Assembly: GCA_963666285.1 (NCBI GenBank)
Contig: OY762711.1
Source: Sedimentisphaerales bacterium
GTDB lineage: Bacteria > Planctomycetota > Phycisphaerae > Sedimentisphaerales > SM23-30
Length of the DNA: 64,000 nucleotides
Direction: 5' to 3' (one strand)
A model generated the notes under the pieces. That model was not told the origin of the DNA. It searched no databases and saw only the letters and a list, made by a program, of their open reading frames with translations. Within the stretch, counting starts at the first letter, position 1. Each line of letters starts with the position of its first letter. This document shows, one piece after another, positions 28,373 to 39,353 of the stretch. Both the position numbers and the translations under genes were made by a program.

Positions 28373-30781
28373 TTAGTTAGATTCTGCATTTGCAACATCG
28401 CTACTATCATTATTATCTTTGAGTGCGATTTTCATTTTAAGTCTGAACCAGTAGTCATTCTTAATAGTTACAGGTTCTCCATTTTCTAAGACTATATCAC
28501 CCTCATCATTTTCTTTGTATTCAATGCTAACAACTTCCTGAGTAAAAGGGTCGATGAGTAAAGGTAATTGGTTGTTAGTTCTGTTTCCAACTCCACCCAT
28601 TACCATTCCAGCACCTTCATATCCAATGTTGCCCATTCCAAGTGCAGCAGAACCAGTTTGGTCTTCTTTAATTTTCATCACACCGATGCCAACCGGCTGG
28701 CCCATATTACCAATTCCAGAGACATAGCTACCTTCATTTGTATCAAAGTATAACTTTAATTCATTCTGTCCAATATAAGATTCGAACATCAGGTTTGATG
28801 CATATTCATTTTGGTTTTTCTGATAATCATTTTGCGGAGCATCATTTATTTTAAAAGATTTTTCTTCCATAAGTTTTTTTATCTGTTTATCAGTTTTGCC
28901 AAAATGATATAGCCTATTGAAAAATCCCCAGGTTTGCCTATCAAGTCCAACTCCGGGAACATTGAGAAATTCAAGTCCGTTTTTATTTGGTGTACTTCCT
29001 TCAATTACAACAACAAAACCAGGTTTCTTTCCTTCATTGTCCTGTGTTGAACCTGTGCTTTTATTTGCGTTTCCTAGTGGTGAAGGATTACCTAACATGG
29101 GGGTACCAGGCATTGTCATTTGACCGGGCATTGTCATTGGGCTGGTCATTGGTGTAGTGCCGCCACCCATTTCACCCGCTCCATAACCAAAGCCACTACC
29201 AGCACCTCTCATAGAATTAGAAGCTAGTATAGCTTCAAAACTTTTACTTAAATCATCAGTATACTTAGTCTTAATACCTGAAATAAAGACTTGCTTTCTT
29301 TCTTTTCTAGGTGTTTGTTTCAGTTGGTTTAGCTGGCCATTAAGAAAAGCCTGGTATACAGCGGCCTGGTCAGGATTATGCTCTGCATTAGGCAATGCCT
29401 GAACTAAAGCCTTGTGAAGTTTTTGGACGACAGATCTGTCACTATATACTATTTTATGTTTTTGAACATTTTCTCTTATCTGGTTTATCTGTTCTTCTTT
29501 TTCATTTTTTGCATTGTTAGTTTCATTTATCTTTGCAGCAGAACTTGAAATAGGCATGGCAGCAGTTTTAGCATTAGCAATGTCTGCTTTGCCAGCTTGA
29601 GCATTACCAATAGCAATTATGCCGCCTATCATAAAGCAAGCACATGCTGCGATAAACCATTTGTGTTTGCGTTTCCATTGAGTTTGCCGAATTGTTTCTT
29701 TGGGCAATAGATTACCGTCGATAACACCTTCACCGATACCCTGAAGGGCAAGACCGTAAGCGATAGGTAGCCTTGGGATGTGACCTGAAAACTCGGCAAC
29801 GGAAATATCATCCGCAGGAATTGATTTTTCAAAGGAGTCCAGACGTTTGATAGGTAATGACAGGCTTTGTTGTAAGAATTTCAGCAAACCAGGGAGCTTC
29901 ATGGCATTACCCATAGCCAGGGCTTCACCAAATTGAGTATCACGGTTTCCGCTGCTGTAAAAACCTAAAGAACGTTGAATTTCAGCGGCTAAATCAGAGA
30001 AGACAGGACGCATTGCCTGGAATATTTGACGTGCGTGTTTGCTGGTGTTTGCAGTACGCTTTATATTTTCAGCTTTCTGGAAACTAAGCTTAAATGATTT
30101 TTGAACTGCAGCAGTAAAGTGGTTACCACCGATTTTAATACTACGTTGCCAGACTCTTCCTTTATGGGCAATAATTAGATCAGTATTTTCAGCACCAATA
30201 TCAATAAGTATGACAGCTTCTTCAGAAGAAGATAATTCTGGTTTATCATAACTTAAGAAGTTGAATAATGCCATTGGTCCCATTTGTACTGTATCAATGA
30301 GACAATTGATTTCTGTGTAGGGATATAGAAGTCTTTTCGCTAAATCAGTTTTGATTGCAAAAATACCAATTTCAATTTCTTGTGCTTCTTCATCTTCGCT
30401 TAGAACCTGCCAGTCCCATTCAACATCATTTATATCAAACGGTATTTGCTGCTGAGCTTCATAATGAACCATATTAGGCAGGTTTTTCTTATCAACAGGC
30501 GGCAATTTTGCAAATCTGGCAAAACTGCTGTGACCTGGAACTCCAACAACAATATGGCTGCCGGATATATCATGTTCATCGACAAACTTTTCAAGAGACT
30601 TATTGATAAGTTCAATTCGCTGTTGAGGATTCACTTCAGGGGAAGTAAGAATGGTATCATGCTCTATAACTGCATAATCAAGCACTTCAACATTATCATC
30701 GTCTCCAGTCGCAATTTTGATTGCTTTTAGAGCGCTGTTACCGAGGTCAATACCCCATGCTGTTCCGGCTGCTTTTGCCAT
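28373..30781 (-). CDS. pilM: Type IV pilus assembly protein PilM fused to a PilN-like TM/periplasmic region
   Basis: WGIDLG...LKA, EAQQQIPF, IDIGAENT, IGGNHFT, EIQRSL, GLALQG, then NLLP (PilN signature) and a TM helix. Confidence 0.85.
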   Translation of the reverse strand: MAKAAGTAWGIDLGNSALKAIKIATGDDDNVEVLDYAVIEHDTILTSPEVNPQQRIELINKSLEKFVDEHDISGSHIVVGVPGHSSFARFAKLPPVDKKNLPNMVHYEAQQQIPFDINDVEWDWQVLSEDEEAQEIEIGIFAIKTDLAKRLLYPYTEINCLIDTVQMGPMALFNFLSYDKPELSSSEEAVILIDIGAENTDLIIAHKGRVWQRSIKIGGNHFTAAVQKSFKLSFQKAENIKRTANTSKHARQIFQAMRPVFSDLAAEIQRSLGFYSSGNRDTQFGEALAMGNAMKLPGLLKFLQQSLSLPIKRLDSFEKSIPADDISVAEFSGHIPRLPIAYGLALQGIGEGVIDGNLLPKETIRQTQWKRKHKWFIAACACFMIGGIIAIGNAQAGKADIANAKTAAMPISSSAAKINETNNAKNEKEEQINQIRENVQKHKIVYSDRSVVQKLHKALVQALPNAEHNPDQAAVYQAFLNGQLNQLKQTPRKERKQVFISGIKTKYTDDLSKSFEAILASNSMRGAGSGFGYGAGEMGGGTTPMTSPMTMPGQMTMPGTPMLGNPSPLGNANKSTGSTQDNEGKKPGFVVVIEGSTPNKNGLEFLNVPGVGLDRQTWGFFNRLYHFGKTDKQIKKLMEEKSFKINDAPQNDYQKNQNEYASNLMFESYIGQNELKLYFDTNEGSYVSGIGNMGQPVGIGVMKIKEDQTGSAALGMGNIGYEGAGMVMGGVGNRTNNQLPLLIDPFTQEVVSIEYKENDEGDIVLENGEPVTIKNDYWFRLKMKIALKDNNDSSDVANAESN

Positions 30782-31288
30782 GTCAAATTCCTTAATCTAT
30801 TTCGTTTGGTTAAATTACGTCCCGGCATATAGCAGGATGTTGAACTGTCATAATTCTATTGGCAGTTCAATTAAAATTGTCAAGGTATGCCGCTTTTGTC
30901 GGAAAAGTGAGGATTACCGACATAAGTCTTTGTGTAATAACTGATAACGGTACTATTTTCACCTATCTGAATCAGCAATAATAATTTTAACAAAAAAAAT
31001 ATTTCTTTCCAGTTTTATTTTCGGCCTAAAACAATAAACCAGTTAGATTTAGTGTTATTTTTCATTATATTTTTACATAACTCGTTTGTATAGAGTTTAT
31101 GAGTAAGCTCATATTAAGATTATATGCCTATAATCAAGCAAAAATAATTGGCTGTTGTTTTTGACCAAAGCCCAATGTTAAGTTATAATACAAAATTCTT
31201 TGAGTAGATTTCGTTTAAGTATGGAATTTGCGTTAAGAGTATTAAGTAGTAAGGATTATCGTAAAGGTATTAAATATAAGGAATTACA

Positions 31289-32563
31289 ATGACTCAATAT
31301 CAAAGTGCCAAAGCTGGAAATATCACAAATGAAATGAAAATTGTTGCAGAGAAAGAATCGGTCTCTGCTGAACTGATAAGAAGTGAAATAGCATTTGGTA
31401 GAATGGTAATACCAGCAAATATTGTTCATCTACAGAAGGGCTTGAGGCCAATAGGTATTGGGCGTGCCATTTCTACGAAAATTAATGCAAATATTGGAGC
31501 TAGTCCGTTAGATTCTGATGATTGTGGTGAGTTGGAGAAGATGAATATCGCGTTAGAATACGGAGCAGATACAATTATGGATCTTTCTACAGGTGGTGAT
31601 GTCGATAAATGCCGCTGTAATTTAATTGATCACTGTTCTGCACCAATTGGAACAGTTCCACTTTATGAGATGATAATCGGTAACAAGCCGATAGAAGAAT
31701 TGACATATGATACGATTTTAGATGTATGTGAAAAACAGGCTAAGCAAGGAATAGATTTTTTTACTATTCATGCCGGTTTATTGCGAAGTCATGTTCCTTT
31801 GGCAAAAAAACGTCTCGCGGGGATAGTAAGTCGTGGAGGAGCGTTGATTGCAAAATGGATGGAATACCATCAAAAAGAAAATCCTTTTTATCACGTTTTC
31901 GATGATCTTTGTGATTTAATGGCTGAATATGACGTTTGCTTTTCACTAGGAGATGGTTTAAGGCCTGGAGCAATAGCAGACGCATCAGATGAGGCTCAGT
32001 TTGCAGAGCTGGATGTGCTGGGAGAACTAACCGAGCGGGCCTGGAAAAAAGGATGCCAGGTAATGGTAGAAGGTCCCGGGCATGTTCCTTATGACCAGAT
32101 TGAGGAAAATATGAAGCGGCAGCAAAAGGTATGTAAAAATGCTCCATTCTATGTTCTTGGCCCTCTGGTAACAGATATTGCACCAGGTTATGACCATATT
32201 ACCAGTGCAATGGGGGCAGTAGCTGCCGCAATACATGGTGCTTGCTATTTGTGTTATGTTACCCCAAGAGAACACTTGGGGCTGCCTGATATTGAAGATG
32301 TCAAGCAGGGAGTAATTGCTTATAAGATAGCTGCCCATGCTGCTGATGTTGCTTTGAAAATTCCTGGTGCGAGAAAATGGGATGATGATATCAGCACCGC
32401 AAGAGCAAATCTTGACTGGAAGACCCATTTAGGTTTGGCGATTGATACTGAAACCGCTACGAGGATGCATACAGAAAAGAAACTGGATCAGACCGATCAT
32501 TGTACTATGTGTGGAAAAGAATGGTGTTCGGTTAGGATATCCAGAGATCTCAAAAAGGTATAA
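31289..32563 (+). CDS. thiC: Phosphomethylpyrimidine synthase
   Basis: [54 protein letters not shown]. Confidence 0.97.
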   Translation: MTQYQSAKAGNITNEMKIVAEKESVSAELIRSEIAFGRMVIPANIVHLQKGLRPIGIGRAISTKINANIGASPLDSDDCGELEKMNIALEYGADTIMDLSTGGDVDKCRCNLIDHCSAPIGTVPLYEMIIGNKPIEELTYDTILDVCEKQAKQGIDFFTIHAGLLRSHVPLAKKRLAGIVSRGGALIAKWMEYHQKENPFYHVFDDLCDLMAEYDVCFSLGDGLRPGAIADASDEAQFAELDVLGELTERAWKKGCQVMVEGPGHVPYDQIEENMKRQQKVCKNAPFYVLGPLVTDIAPGYDHITSAMGAVAAAIHGACYLCYVTPREHLGLPDIEDVKQGVIAYKIAAHAADVALKIPGARKWDDDISTARANLDWKTHLGLAIDTETATRMHTEKKLDQTDHCTMCGKEWCSVRISRDLKKV

Positions 32564-32581
32564 AATCCTGATTTTGAGATG

Positions 32582-33445
32582 TTATATTAAAATTTTCATA
32601 TATTCAGATACAGCTTTTTGCCAGCTTTGCGGTTGCCAGCCAATAGTATGATATGTACTACTGCAGTCTAGGACGGACCATGCAGGTCTTTTGGCTGGCC
32701 TGGGGAATTCATCTGAGGTGCATGGAGCTAGATCGCAGTTTATTCCAGCCTGAGTAATAGATTCTTTTGCTAGATCGAACCAGGTACATGCCGGACCATT
32801 GCAGAAATGGTATATTCCCTTAGCAGAAGTGTTGGAGATATCAAACATGCATTTTGCCAGGTCAGGAGCCCAGGTAGGACAGCCATTCTGATCGTTAACT
32901 ACCTTCAAACTGTCTCTATCTTTTGCCAGGTTAATGATTGTGTTTATGAAATTTTTCCCTTTTGGTCCAAATAGCCATGCTGTTCGTATAATAATCCATT
33001 TACAGTTACTTTTTTGTAAAAGCTGTTCTCCGAGAAGCTTACTTCTTCCATAAGCACATTGAGGATTAACGTCGTCTTCTGGTTTATATGGAGTATTGGC
33101 ATCACCGGAAAAAACGTAGTCAGTACTTATGTGTACCAGTGTTGCGTTATGTTTTTCTGCTGCTATTGCAAGGTTTTCAACACCATAACCGTTGATCAGA
33201 TTAGCAACTTCTTCATTTTCTTCTGCACCGTCTACATCAGTAAAAGCTGAACAATTGAATATGACATCTGGTTGATTTTTGGCAACCAGTTTCGACAAAC
33301 TGTCTTTATCTGTTATGTCTACTTTTATTTCATCTTTACCTGGCATTATGTCAGCAAATACAGCTTTTGTGTTCTTGCTGTTTTTTATAATTTCAGTCAG
33401 TTCCTGACCAAGCATTCCTCTTGAGCCAATAATTAGTGATTTCAT
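32582..33445 (-). CDS. rfbD: dTDP-4-dehydrorhamnose reductase
   Basis: GSRGMLG, TDVDGAE, HISTDYVF, YGRSK, VVNDQ.G.PT, AKRP. Confidence 0.93.
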   Translation of the reverse strand: MKSLIIGSRGMLGQELTEIIKNSKNTKAVFADIMPGKDEIKVDITDKDSLSKLVAKNQPDVIFNCSAFTDVDGAEENEEVANLINGYGVENLAIAAEKHNATLVHISTDYVFSGDANTPYKPEDDVNPQCAYGRSKLLGEQLLQKSNCKWIIIRTAWLFGPKGKNFINTIINLAKDRDSLKVVNDQNGCPTWAPDLAKCMFDISNTSAKGIYHFCNGPACTWFDLAKESITQAGINCDLAPCTSDEFPRPAKRPAWSVLDCSSTYHTIGWQPQSWQKAVSEYMKILI

Positions 33446-33464
33446 GATTAAGGGGCCTTACAAG

Positions 33465-33830
33465 CTAAAGTTGGTATTTATTTAGGAGTTTTGCAACTTG
33501 TTCAACGCATTCTATACAGGGGAGTAGTTTTTGTGATCGAATATCACGACAGGTATTTGCTCCAGCGATTGTTTCAAACTCTTTAAGTAATTTTTTGAAA
33601 TCATCTTCATTCAGCAGCTCACGTGCAGCATGAAGTGCTCCGCACAGTCCACCCGGGGCTCTACCTCCTCCATGAGCTCGATATTGCTCACCAATTTGCT
33701 CATCAGTCATACCGGTTTTATCTGAGAAGGCTTTTAGGACAGCCTGACAACAGTTAAACCTTTCTTTACCGTGAAAATATTGTGCTGCAATAGTGTTATC
33801 GTTTTCCAAGTTATCAATTTCTGTTTGCAT
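33465..33830 (-). CDS. C_GCAxxG_C_C family putative redox protein
   Basis: FNCCQAVL, GLCGAL, TCRDI, C..CV. Confidence 0.8.
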   Translation of the reverse strand: MQTEIDNLENDNTIAAQYFHGKERFNCCQAVLKAFSDKTGMTDEQIGEQYRAHGGGRAPGGLCGALHAARELLNEDDFKKLLKEFETIAGANTCRDIRSQKLLPCIECVEQVAKLLNKYQL

Positions 33831-33839
33831 AATTGTGTA

Positions 33840-34853
33840 TTATAAATGGCTTATAAGTTTTGAAGGTTCTTCAGGGCTTTTTGTTATTGATGAAAGGTAC
33901 GCAGTGTTTATTAATGCAATAGTTTCCAAATAAGATTTTGCACAACAATTCAATATTAAATCTGGGTTTTCCAAATGCCCGGCAAAGTTTTCCAGTTGAG
34001 AGATGGTTAAATCTATATTGTTGCAGTCAGATGTGAAATATTCTATTTGTTCGTTCTGTCGGTTGAGTAGTCTGAATTCACTATCTGTAGCGTGAATAGA
34101 ACCTTCCGTACCGTAATATGAAATTGTTTCTTTTTCAGTTCCCGCCATCCAGCCGCAGCAAATATTTGCTATTACATTGTCGTTGTATTCCATAGTTACA
34201 ACGCAGCTGTCTTCGGTCATATATGGCGGTATAGAATTTTTTTTGCATAAGTCACTTTTTATTGCAAATACTCGATTTGGCAGTCCCATAGTCTCTTTAA
34301 TTAAGTCGATTTTATCACAAACACCTTCCAGAAGAACACCTCCTCCGGAAAGTTTAGGTTCTCCTCTCCAATCAAAAACTCCTTTAAATTGTGTGAAATA
34401 ATTTATTGAGACAAGGTATACTTTGCCGATTGTTTTGTTTTTGATAGTGTTTATTATTTTCTGAGTGATAGGTTTAGTTCTATTAATGCAATTTAAGGCA
34501 AGGACACATTTTGCTTTTTGTGTAGCAGTAATCCATTCCTGGGCTTCTGAGATATCTCTTGCTAAAGGGGGGCGTTTGATAATATTACATCCTATTCCAG
34601 CTGCTGTATGGATTAGTTCGCCACATAAATAGTTTGGCAGATTAAGAATAATAATATCCGGTTTTTCATTGAGTATTAACTGGCGGGAGTCGTCATAAGA
34701 TGTAATATTAAATTGTTCGTGGATTTGTTCACACTTTGTTCGCGATTTTTCAGAAATAGCGCAAAGATCAAACATTTCGTTTTGAAGTATATGTTTAATG
34801 AGATTTTCGCCATTAATGCCTAAACCAATAAGTGCAGTGCGGTATGATTTCAT
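33840..34853 (-). CDS. Gfo/Idh/MocA family oxidoreductase (degenerate motifs)
   Basis: ALIGLG, WR....SGGGVLL, YGTEGSI; EKP and catalytic His motifs are altered. Confidence 0.75.
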   Translation of the reverse strand: MKSYRTALIGLGINGENLIKHILQNEMFDLCAISEKSRTKCEQIHEQFNITSYDDSRQLILNEKPDIIILNLPNYLCGELIHTAAGIGCNIIKRPPLARDISEAQEWITATQKAKCVLALNCINRTKPITQKIINTIKNKTIGKVYLVSINYFTQFKGVFDWRGEPKLSGGGVLLEGVCDKIDLIKETMGLPNRVFAIKSDLCKKNSIPPYMTEDSCVVTMEYNDNVIANICCGWMAGTEKETISYYGTEGSIHATDSEFRLLNRQNEQIEYFTSDCNNIDLTISQLENFAGHLENPDLILNCCAKSYLETIALINTAYLSSITKSPEEPSKLISHL

Positions 34854-34884
34854 CTAATTAATCCCTGGAATACAGAATTGAAAA

Positions 34885-35373
34885 TTATCCATTCAGTTTC
34901 TTCTTTAACATTTCAGAAACATATTCAGGCACCATCCCTGAGACGTCACCGTTGTGCTTTGCAACCTCTCTGATTAAAGAAGAGCTTATAAAACCTTTGG
35001 TTTCGCTTGTCATGATGAAAACAGTTTCGATACCGGAGAGAGTTCGATTGGTTAATGCTAACTGAAATTCATAGTGTATATCTGACAGGTCACGCAAGCC
35101 GCGTACAATTACTTGAGCATCAATACGTTTGGCAAAGTCAACTGTGAGATCAGGGTATCTTTCAGCACTAACTTCTGGTATATCCCGTGTTATGTGGTTT
35201 ATCATATCAAGTCGCTCATCGCCGGAAAACATATATTCTTTTTGCGGGCTGTCACCTACTCCAATAATTATTTCATCAAACATTGTAGCTGATCGCAAAA
35301 TAACATCAATATGACCGTTTGTAATAGGGTCAAATGAACCGGGGAAGAGAGCTCTAACATATTTATTCTGCAT
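34885..35373 (-). CDS. coaD: Phosphopantetheine adenylyltransferase
   Basis: FPGSFDPITNGH, VRGLR, ISSSLIREVA; probable ATG at 35373. Confidence 0.95.
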   Translation of the reverse strand: MQNKYVRALFPGSFDPITNGHIDVILRSATMFDEIIIGVGDSPQKEYMFSGDERLDMINHITRDIPEVSAERYPDLTVDFAKRIDAQVIVRGLRDLSDIHYEFQLALTNRTLSGIETVFIMTSETKGFISSSLIREVAKHNGDVSGMVPEYVSEMLKKKLNG

Positions 35374-35380
35374 AGTGAGG

Positions 35381-36067
35381 CTAATTATAGTCAGAACCTT
35401 CGATTCCGTCAATTGTTACATTTGCATCAGGAAAATCGTCATTGGCTCTGTTAATTTTCTCTGCATCAAGAAATGCGGTATGGCTGTCTGCAAATATAAA
35501 GTTTCTTTTCCCTTTCCAGTTCCACCACCCATTATCGTAATCAATAAGAGCATGATTACTGTTCCATTCACCAAAAATGATTTTTTGGGACGGATTTTTA
35601 ACAAATTCTGATTTTTGTTTAACCGGTGGGATTGGTGCAGCGTCACCATATGTCTGGCTATATTCAGATATGCTGTTGATTTGTTCTTTGCTATGATAAA
35701 AGCTCATAGAATATACATAACTGCTGATTTCGCTATTTGTAATTTCATCAGAAGCAGATGGGCAGTTAAAAATTTCTGGCTCAGAAACATACGGCTCCAG
35801 TAACTTATTCCATTCGCTTCCCATCCAGATTCTGGATCCTGAAGAATTAACAGGTATGCCAGAGATGTAATAAGAGTCATTGTCTTGGGTATAAACCTCG
35901 GTAGCTAGTGAGAAGTTTTTGAGGTTAAATTGGCAAATTGTACGTCGGGATGTAATTTGAGCATTAGATAATGAAGGCAGAAATACTCCCACCAGCATAA
36001 CTAAAGCTGTTAATGCTACCAACACTTCTGTGATGGTAAAGCCTTTATTGTCAATATATTTACGCAT
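35381..36067 (-). CDS. Prepilin-type N-terminal cleavage/methylation protein (DUF1559-like)
   Basis: KGFTITEVLV, C..NLK, FNCPS, C-terminal NFIFADSH (H-X9-DG-like). Confidence 0.8.
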   Translation of the reverse strand: MRKYIDNKGFTITEVLVALTALVMLVGVFLPSLSNAQITSRRTICQFNLKNFSLATEVYTQDNDSYYISGIPVNSSGSRIWMGSEWNKLLEPYVSEPEIFNCPSASDEITNSEISSYVYSMSFYHSKEQINSISEYSQTYGDAAPIPPVKQKSEFVKNPSQKIIFGEWNSNHALIDYDNGWWNWKGKRNFIFADSHTAFLDAEKINRANDDFPDANVTIDGIEGSDYN

Positions 36068-36163
36068 AGGATAGTTCTGTTATCGGTATTTTCTAGTCCT
36101 ATCTTAATTTATTTATTCTGACAATTTTGTAAAGGCGATCGTGTAAACAGCAATATATATAAA

Positions 36164-36673
36164 TTATAGGACAGATGCCTTATTGATGGCAACAGGTTCT
36201 ACCGGTACATCTGCATATGGGCCGACAGTATGGGTCTTAACAGCGACAATTTTGTCTAAAATATCCATACCATCAACTACTTCACCAAAAACAGCGTACC
36301 CATTTGGGTCGTACATTTCCGGGTCAAGCTTGCCGCTGTTGTCAACGACATTGATAAAAAATTGTGAAGTTGCACTATTGGGATCAGAAGTTCTTGCATA
36401 GCTTATTGAGCCTCTGATATTGCTTAAACCGTTTTGGGCTTCATTGATTATTGGAGATTTTGTATCTTTTTGAACCATATTAGCGTCAAATCCGCCGCCC
36501 TGAACCACAAAACCAGGAATAACTCTATGGAATATTATTCCGTCATAAAATCCTTCTGTGACATAGCTTAGAAAATTTTCACATGATACAGGCGCCTTAT
36601 CTGGATTAAGCTCAATGATGAAATTGCCCATTGTGGTTTCAAACAAGACCTTGGTTGCGGATCCATCGGACAT
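36164..36673 (-). CDS. Cyclophilin-type peptidyl-prolyl isomerase
   Basis: FHRVIPGFVVQGGG, ARTSDPNSATSQFFIN, YAVFGEV. Confidence 0.93.
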   Translation of the reverse strand: MSDGSATKVLFETTMGNFIIELNPDKAPVSCENFLSYVTEGFYDGIIFHRVIPGFVVQGGGFDANMVQKDTKSPIINEAQNGLSNIRGSISYARTSDPNSATSQFFINVVDNSGKLDPEMYDPNGYAVFGEVVDGMDILDKIVAVKTHTVGPYADVPVEPVAINKASVL

Positions 36674-36826
36674 TTATATAATTCCTTTCCAGAGAAAGAG
36701 TGTTTTTTAGCTTTTTTACTATTTAAAGTATACGATTCTTTACTTAGATATCACAAAACATGTTTATTATACCGTCTAGTAGTAAAAAAACAATATAAAT
36801 ATTTGTAAAGTATCTATTTAGGTAAA

Positions 36827-37318
36827 TTAGACCTTACAGGCATCATATTCCATTGAATCAAGATCTAAGATCACAACGTTACCTGAACCGGTAATCCAAT
36901 CAGTAGCTTCACCTGGATTTATTACCAGGGATTTACCTTCCTGGCGGATATCCTGACTGTGGGTGTGGCCGTAAATTATTAAGTCGAATTCCTGGCATTG
37001 GATTATCTCATGTAAATCAAAAGGCACGTGTGTCATAAAAATCTTTTTTCCATTTATTGTGCCTTTGAAGCAGTATTCGTGAATTTCACCGCCAATAGAA
37101 TCAAAAGTCTTTTTTAGTGCCAGTTTTTCACCGTCATTGTTACCGAATACTGCAATAATCTTTCTGCAATCCAGATCGTCGAAAGCTTTTGCAGTAAAAG
37201 GAGATACGATATCTCCTGCATGGAATACGATATCAACTTTCTTTTCATTGAAAAGTGCTATTGCATCTAATACGCTTTTGTGATGGTCATGAGTATCGGA
37301 AATTATACCTGCAAGCAT
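36827..37318 (-). CDS. YfcE-like metallophosphoesterase
   Basis: SDTH, HAGD, GNND, YGHTH, INPGE. Confidence 0.9.
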   Translation of the reverse strand: MLAGIISDTHDHHKSVLDAIALFNEKKVDIVFHAGDIVSPFTAKAFDDLDCRKIIAVFGNNDGEKLALKKTFDSIGGEIHEYCFKGTINGKKIFMTHVPFDLHEIIQCQEFDLIIYGHTHSQDIRQEGKSLVINPGEATDWITGSGNVVILDLDSMEYDACKV

Positions 37319-37532
37319 TTATTGTTCCTCAATCTAAAAGTCTTCTCAAATAGGTAGGGTGGACAAGGTTATATATACCTCATCTTACTATTTTTATCAT
37401 AATATAGCAATGCAAACAAGTCTAAAACAAAAGTTTATGAACAAATTAGTGTGAACGAACTTTATTATTGTCATAATTCTTTTATATGATTATGATTATG
37501 ACTTCTTGGCATTATATACGTAAGGAGTAAAT

Positions 37533-38801
37533 ATGAATTATTTTGAGGTTAACGGCCCTTGTCGTTTGAATGGTGAAATTGAAATCAGTGGTTCAAAAAA
37601 TGCAGCATTACCCATCATGGCGGCGGCATTGCTTGCTCCAGGAAAATCCGTTTTGAGGTCTGTACCTGATTTGTCTGATATCCGGGTATTAAGCAGTTTG
37701 ATTGAATCACTTGGATGTAAGGTTCAAAGACAAAAAGATGGTTCTTTAAGTATTGATGCTACAAATATTTCCAATCCTCACGGTGATTATGAAATCGTGC
37801 GGCAGTTGCGAGCGGGTATTTGTATATTGGGGCCATTGCTGGCCCGATGTCGCAAAGTTGAAGTTTCTATGCCGGGAGGATGTGCGATTGGCAACAGGCC
37901 AATTGATATACATGTTCGTGGGTTACGTGAACTTGGTGCAAATTGTTATCTAAAGGGGGGGTATGTTATTGCCGAAGCTCCGAATGGATTAGTTGGTTCT
38001 GAAATCTTTCTAGGAGGCCCCTGTGGTTCAACTGTTCTTGGTACAGCAAATATTCTTTCAGCGGCAACTTTAGCCAAGGGAAGGACTGTAATAGAATCAG
38101 CTGCATGTGAACCCGAGATAATAGATTTATGCAATATGCTTGTAAAAATGGGAGCTAAAATCGCAGGTATTGGGTCTCCAAGGTTGACTGTTGATGGAGT
38201 AACTGAATTATCACCGGTTAATCATGACGTGATACCGGACAGGATTGAAGCCGGTACTTTTATGTGTGCCGCAGCTATTACGGAAGGAGTCTTAAAACTT
38301 AATAATTGTAGAAATGATCATTTGATTGCGATGGTTGATAAACTTCGCGGCATAGGTGTGACTATAGATAAAACGAAAAATGGTTGTGAAGTTTCTCGTC
38401 GAGGGAGGTTAAATCCGGCAGACGTTACAACACAGCCTTATCCAGGATTTCCTACAGATTTACAGGCTCAATTAATGGCTGTTCTTGCAATAGCGGATGG
38501 AAATAGCGTTGTTGTCGAGAAAATCTTTCCTCAGCGATTTATGCACGTTGCCGAACTTAATCGTATGGGAGCGAGTTTGCGTAAGGAAGGTGATATTGTG
38601 GTCGTAGCAGGAGTTGACAGGCTTAGCGGTGCTCCAGTTATGGCTTCAGATCTGAGAGCATCTGCAGCTTTAGTTATTGCTGGGTTGGCTGCCGAGGGTA
38701 TTACTACAGTTAAAAGAATATATCATATAGATAGAGGTTATGAGCATATAGAAGAAAAACTTAATAGGGCAGGAGCGTCAATTACTAGATTGGATGAATA
38801 A
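37533..38801 (+). CDS. murA: UDP-N-acetylglucosamine 1-carboxyvinyltransferase
   Basis: GSKNAALP, PGGCAIG.RP, DRIEAGT, PGFPTDLQAQ, SDLRAS, HIDRGYE. Confidence 0.97.
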   Translation: MNYFEVNGPCRLNGEIEISGSKNAALPIMAAALLAPGKSVLRSVPDLSDIRVLSSLIESLGCKVQRQKDGSLSIDATNISNPHGDYEIVRQLRAGICILGPLLARCRKVEVSMPGGCAIGNRPIDIHVRGLRELGANCYLKGGYVIAEAPNGLVGSEIFLGGPCGSTVLGTANILSAATLAKGRTVIESAACEPEIIDLCNMLVKMGAKIAGIGSPRLTVDGVTELSPVNHDVIPDRIEAGTFMCAAAITEGVLKLNNCRNDHLIAMVDKLRGIGVTIDKTKNGCEVSRRGRLNPADVTTQPYPGFPTDLQAQLMAVLAIADGNSVVVEKIFPQRFMHVAELNRMGASLRKEGDIVVVAGVDRLSGAPVMASDLRASAALVIAGLAAEGITTVKRIYHIDRGYEHIEEKLNRAGASITRLDE

Positions 38802-38839
38802 AACAAATCGATTTTATTGACTGAAGTATTTTTAAATAA

Positions 38840-39040
38840 TTAATTGTCATATTCTTCAGGAAATTCTAAATCTTCCTCATCAATTTCTACTGCCGGAATG
38901 GAGTATCCTTCAGTAAACCATACCCCCAGATCAACCTGCTGACATCGTTTACTGCAGAATGGCTTTAATTCGCCGCTATCGCCATTGCTATTGCCGCAGA
39001 TAGGGCACTTATCAGAATTAAATCTTGCTGAATTTGCCAA
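38840..39040 (-). CDS. yacG: DNA gyrase inhibitor YacG family
   Basis: CPIC...PFCSKRCQQVDLG.W. Confidence 0.88.
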   Translation of the reverse strand: MANSARFNSDKCPICGNSNGDSGELKPFCSKRCQQVDLGVWFTEGYSIPAVEIDEEDLEFPEEYDN

Positions 39041-39042
39041 TG

Positions 39043-39351
39043 TTAACTAACCTTCTTGTCGTTTGAGGAAGATTTGCCTGTGTCGCATTTCTTGTCAGAT
39101 TTTGTCTTGCTTTCGCTTTTGCTGCTGTTTTTTTCACTGTCTGCACTTGCAGCCTTTTTATAGCCTTCGCTGCGATAATCAGTCTCGTAAAAGCCGCTGC
39201 CTTTAAAGATTAACCCGGCACCGGTACCTATCAGCCTTTTTAACTTCAATTTGCCGCATTCTGGACATTTTTTTAGCGGTTTAGAAGTAATCGACTGAAA
39301 TTCTTCGAATGTGTAATCGCATGCATCACATTTATAGTCATATGTCGGCAT
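39043..39351 (-). CDS. FmdB family zinc-ribbon protein
   Basis: MPTYDYKC..C...CPECG...FKGSGFYETDY. Confidence 0.9.
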   Translation of the reverse strand: MPTYDYKCDACDYTFEEFQSITSKPLKKCPECGKLKLKRLIGTGAGLIFKGSGFYETDYRSEGYKKAASADSEKNSSKSESKTKSDKKCDTGKSSSNDKKVS

Positions 39352-39353
39352 TT

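Noticed and set aside
30781..31289. TPP riboswitch expected upstream of thiC
   Set aside because: No GCTGAGA...CCTGA-type core found on either strand by eye
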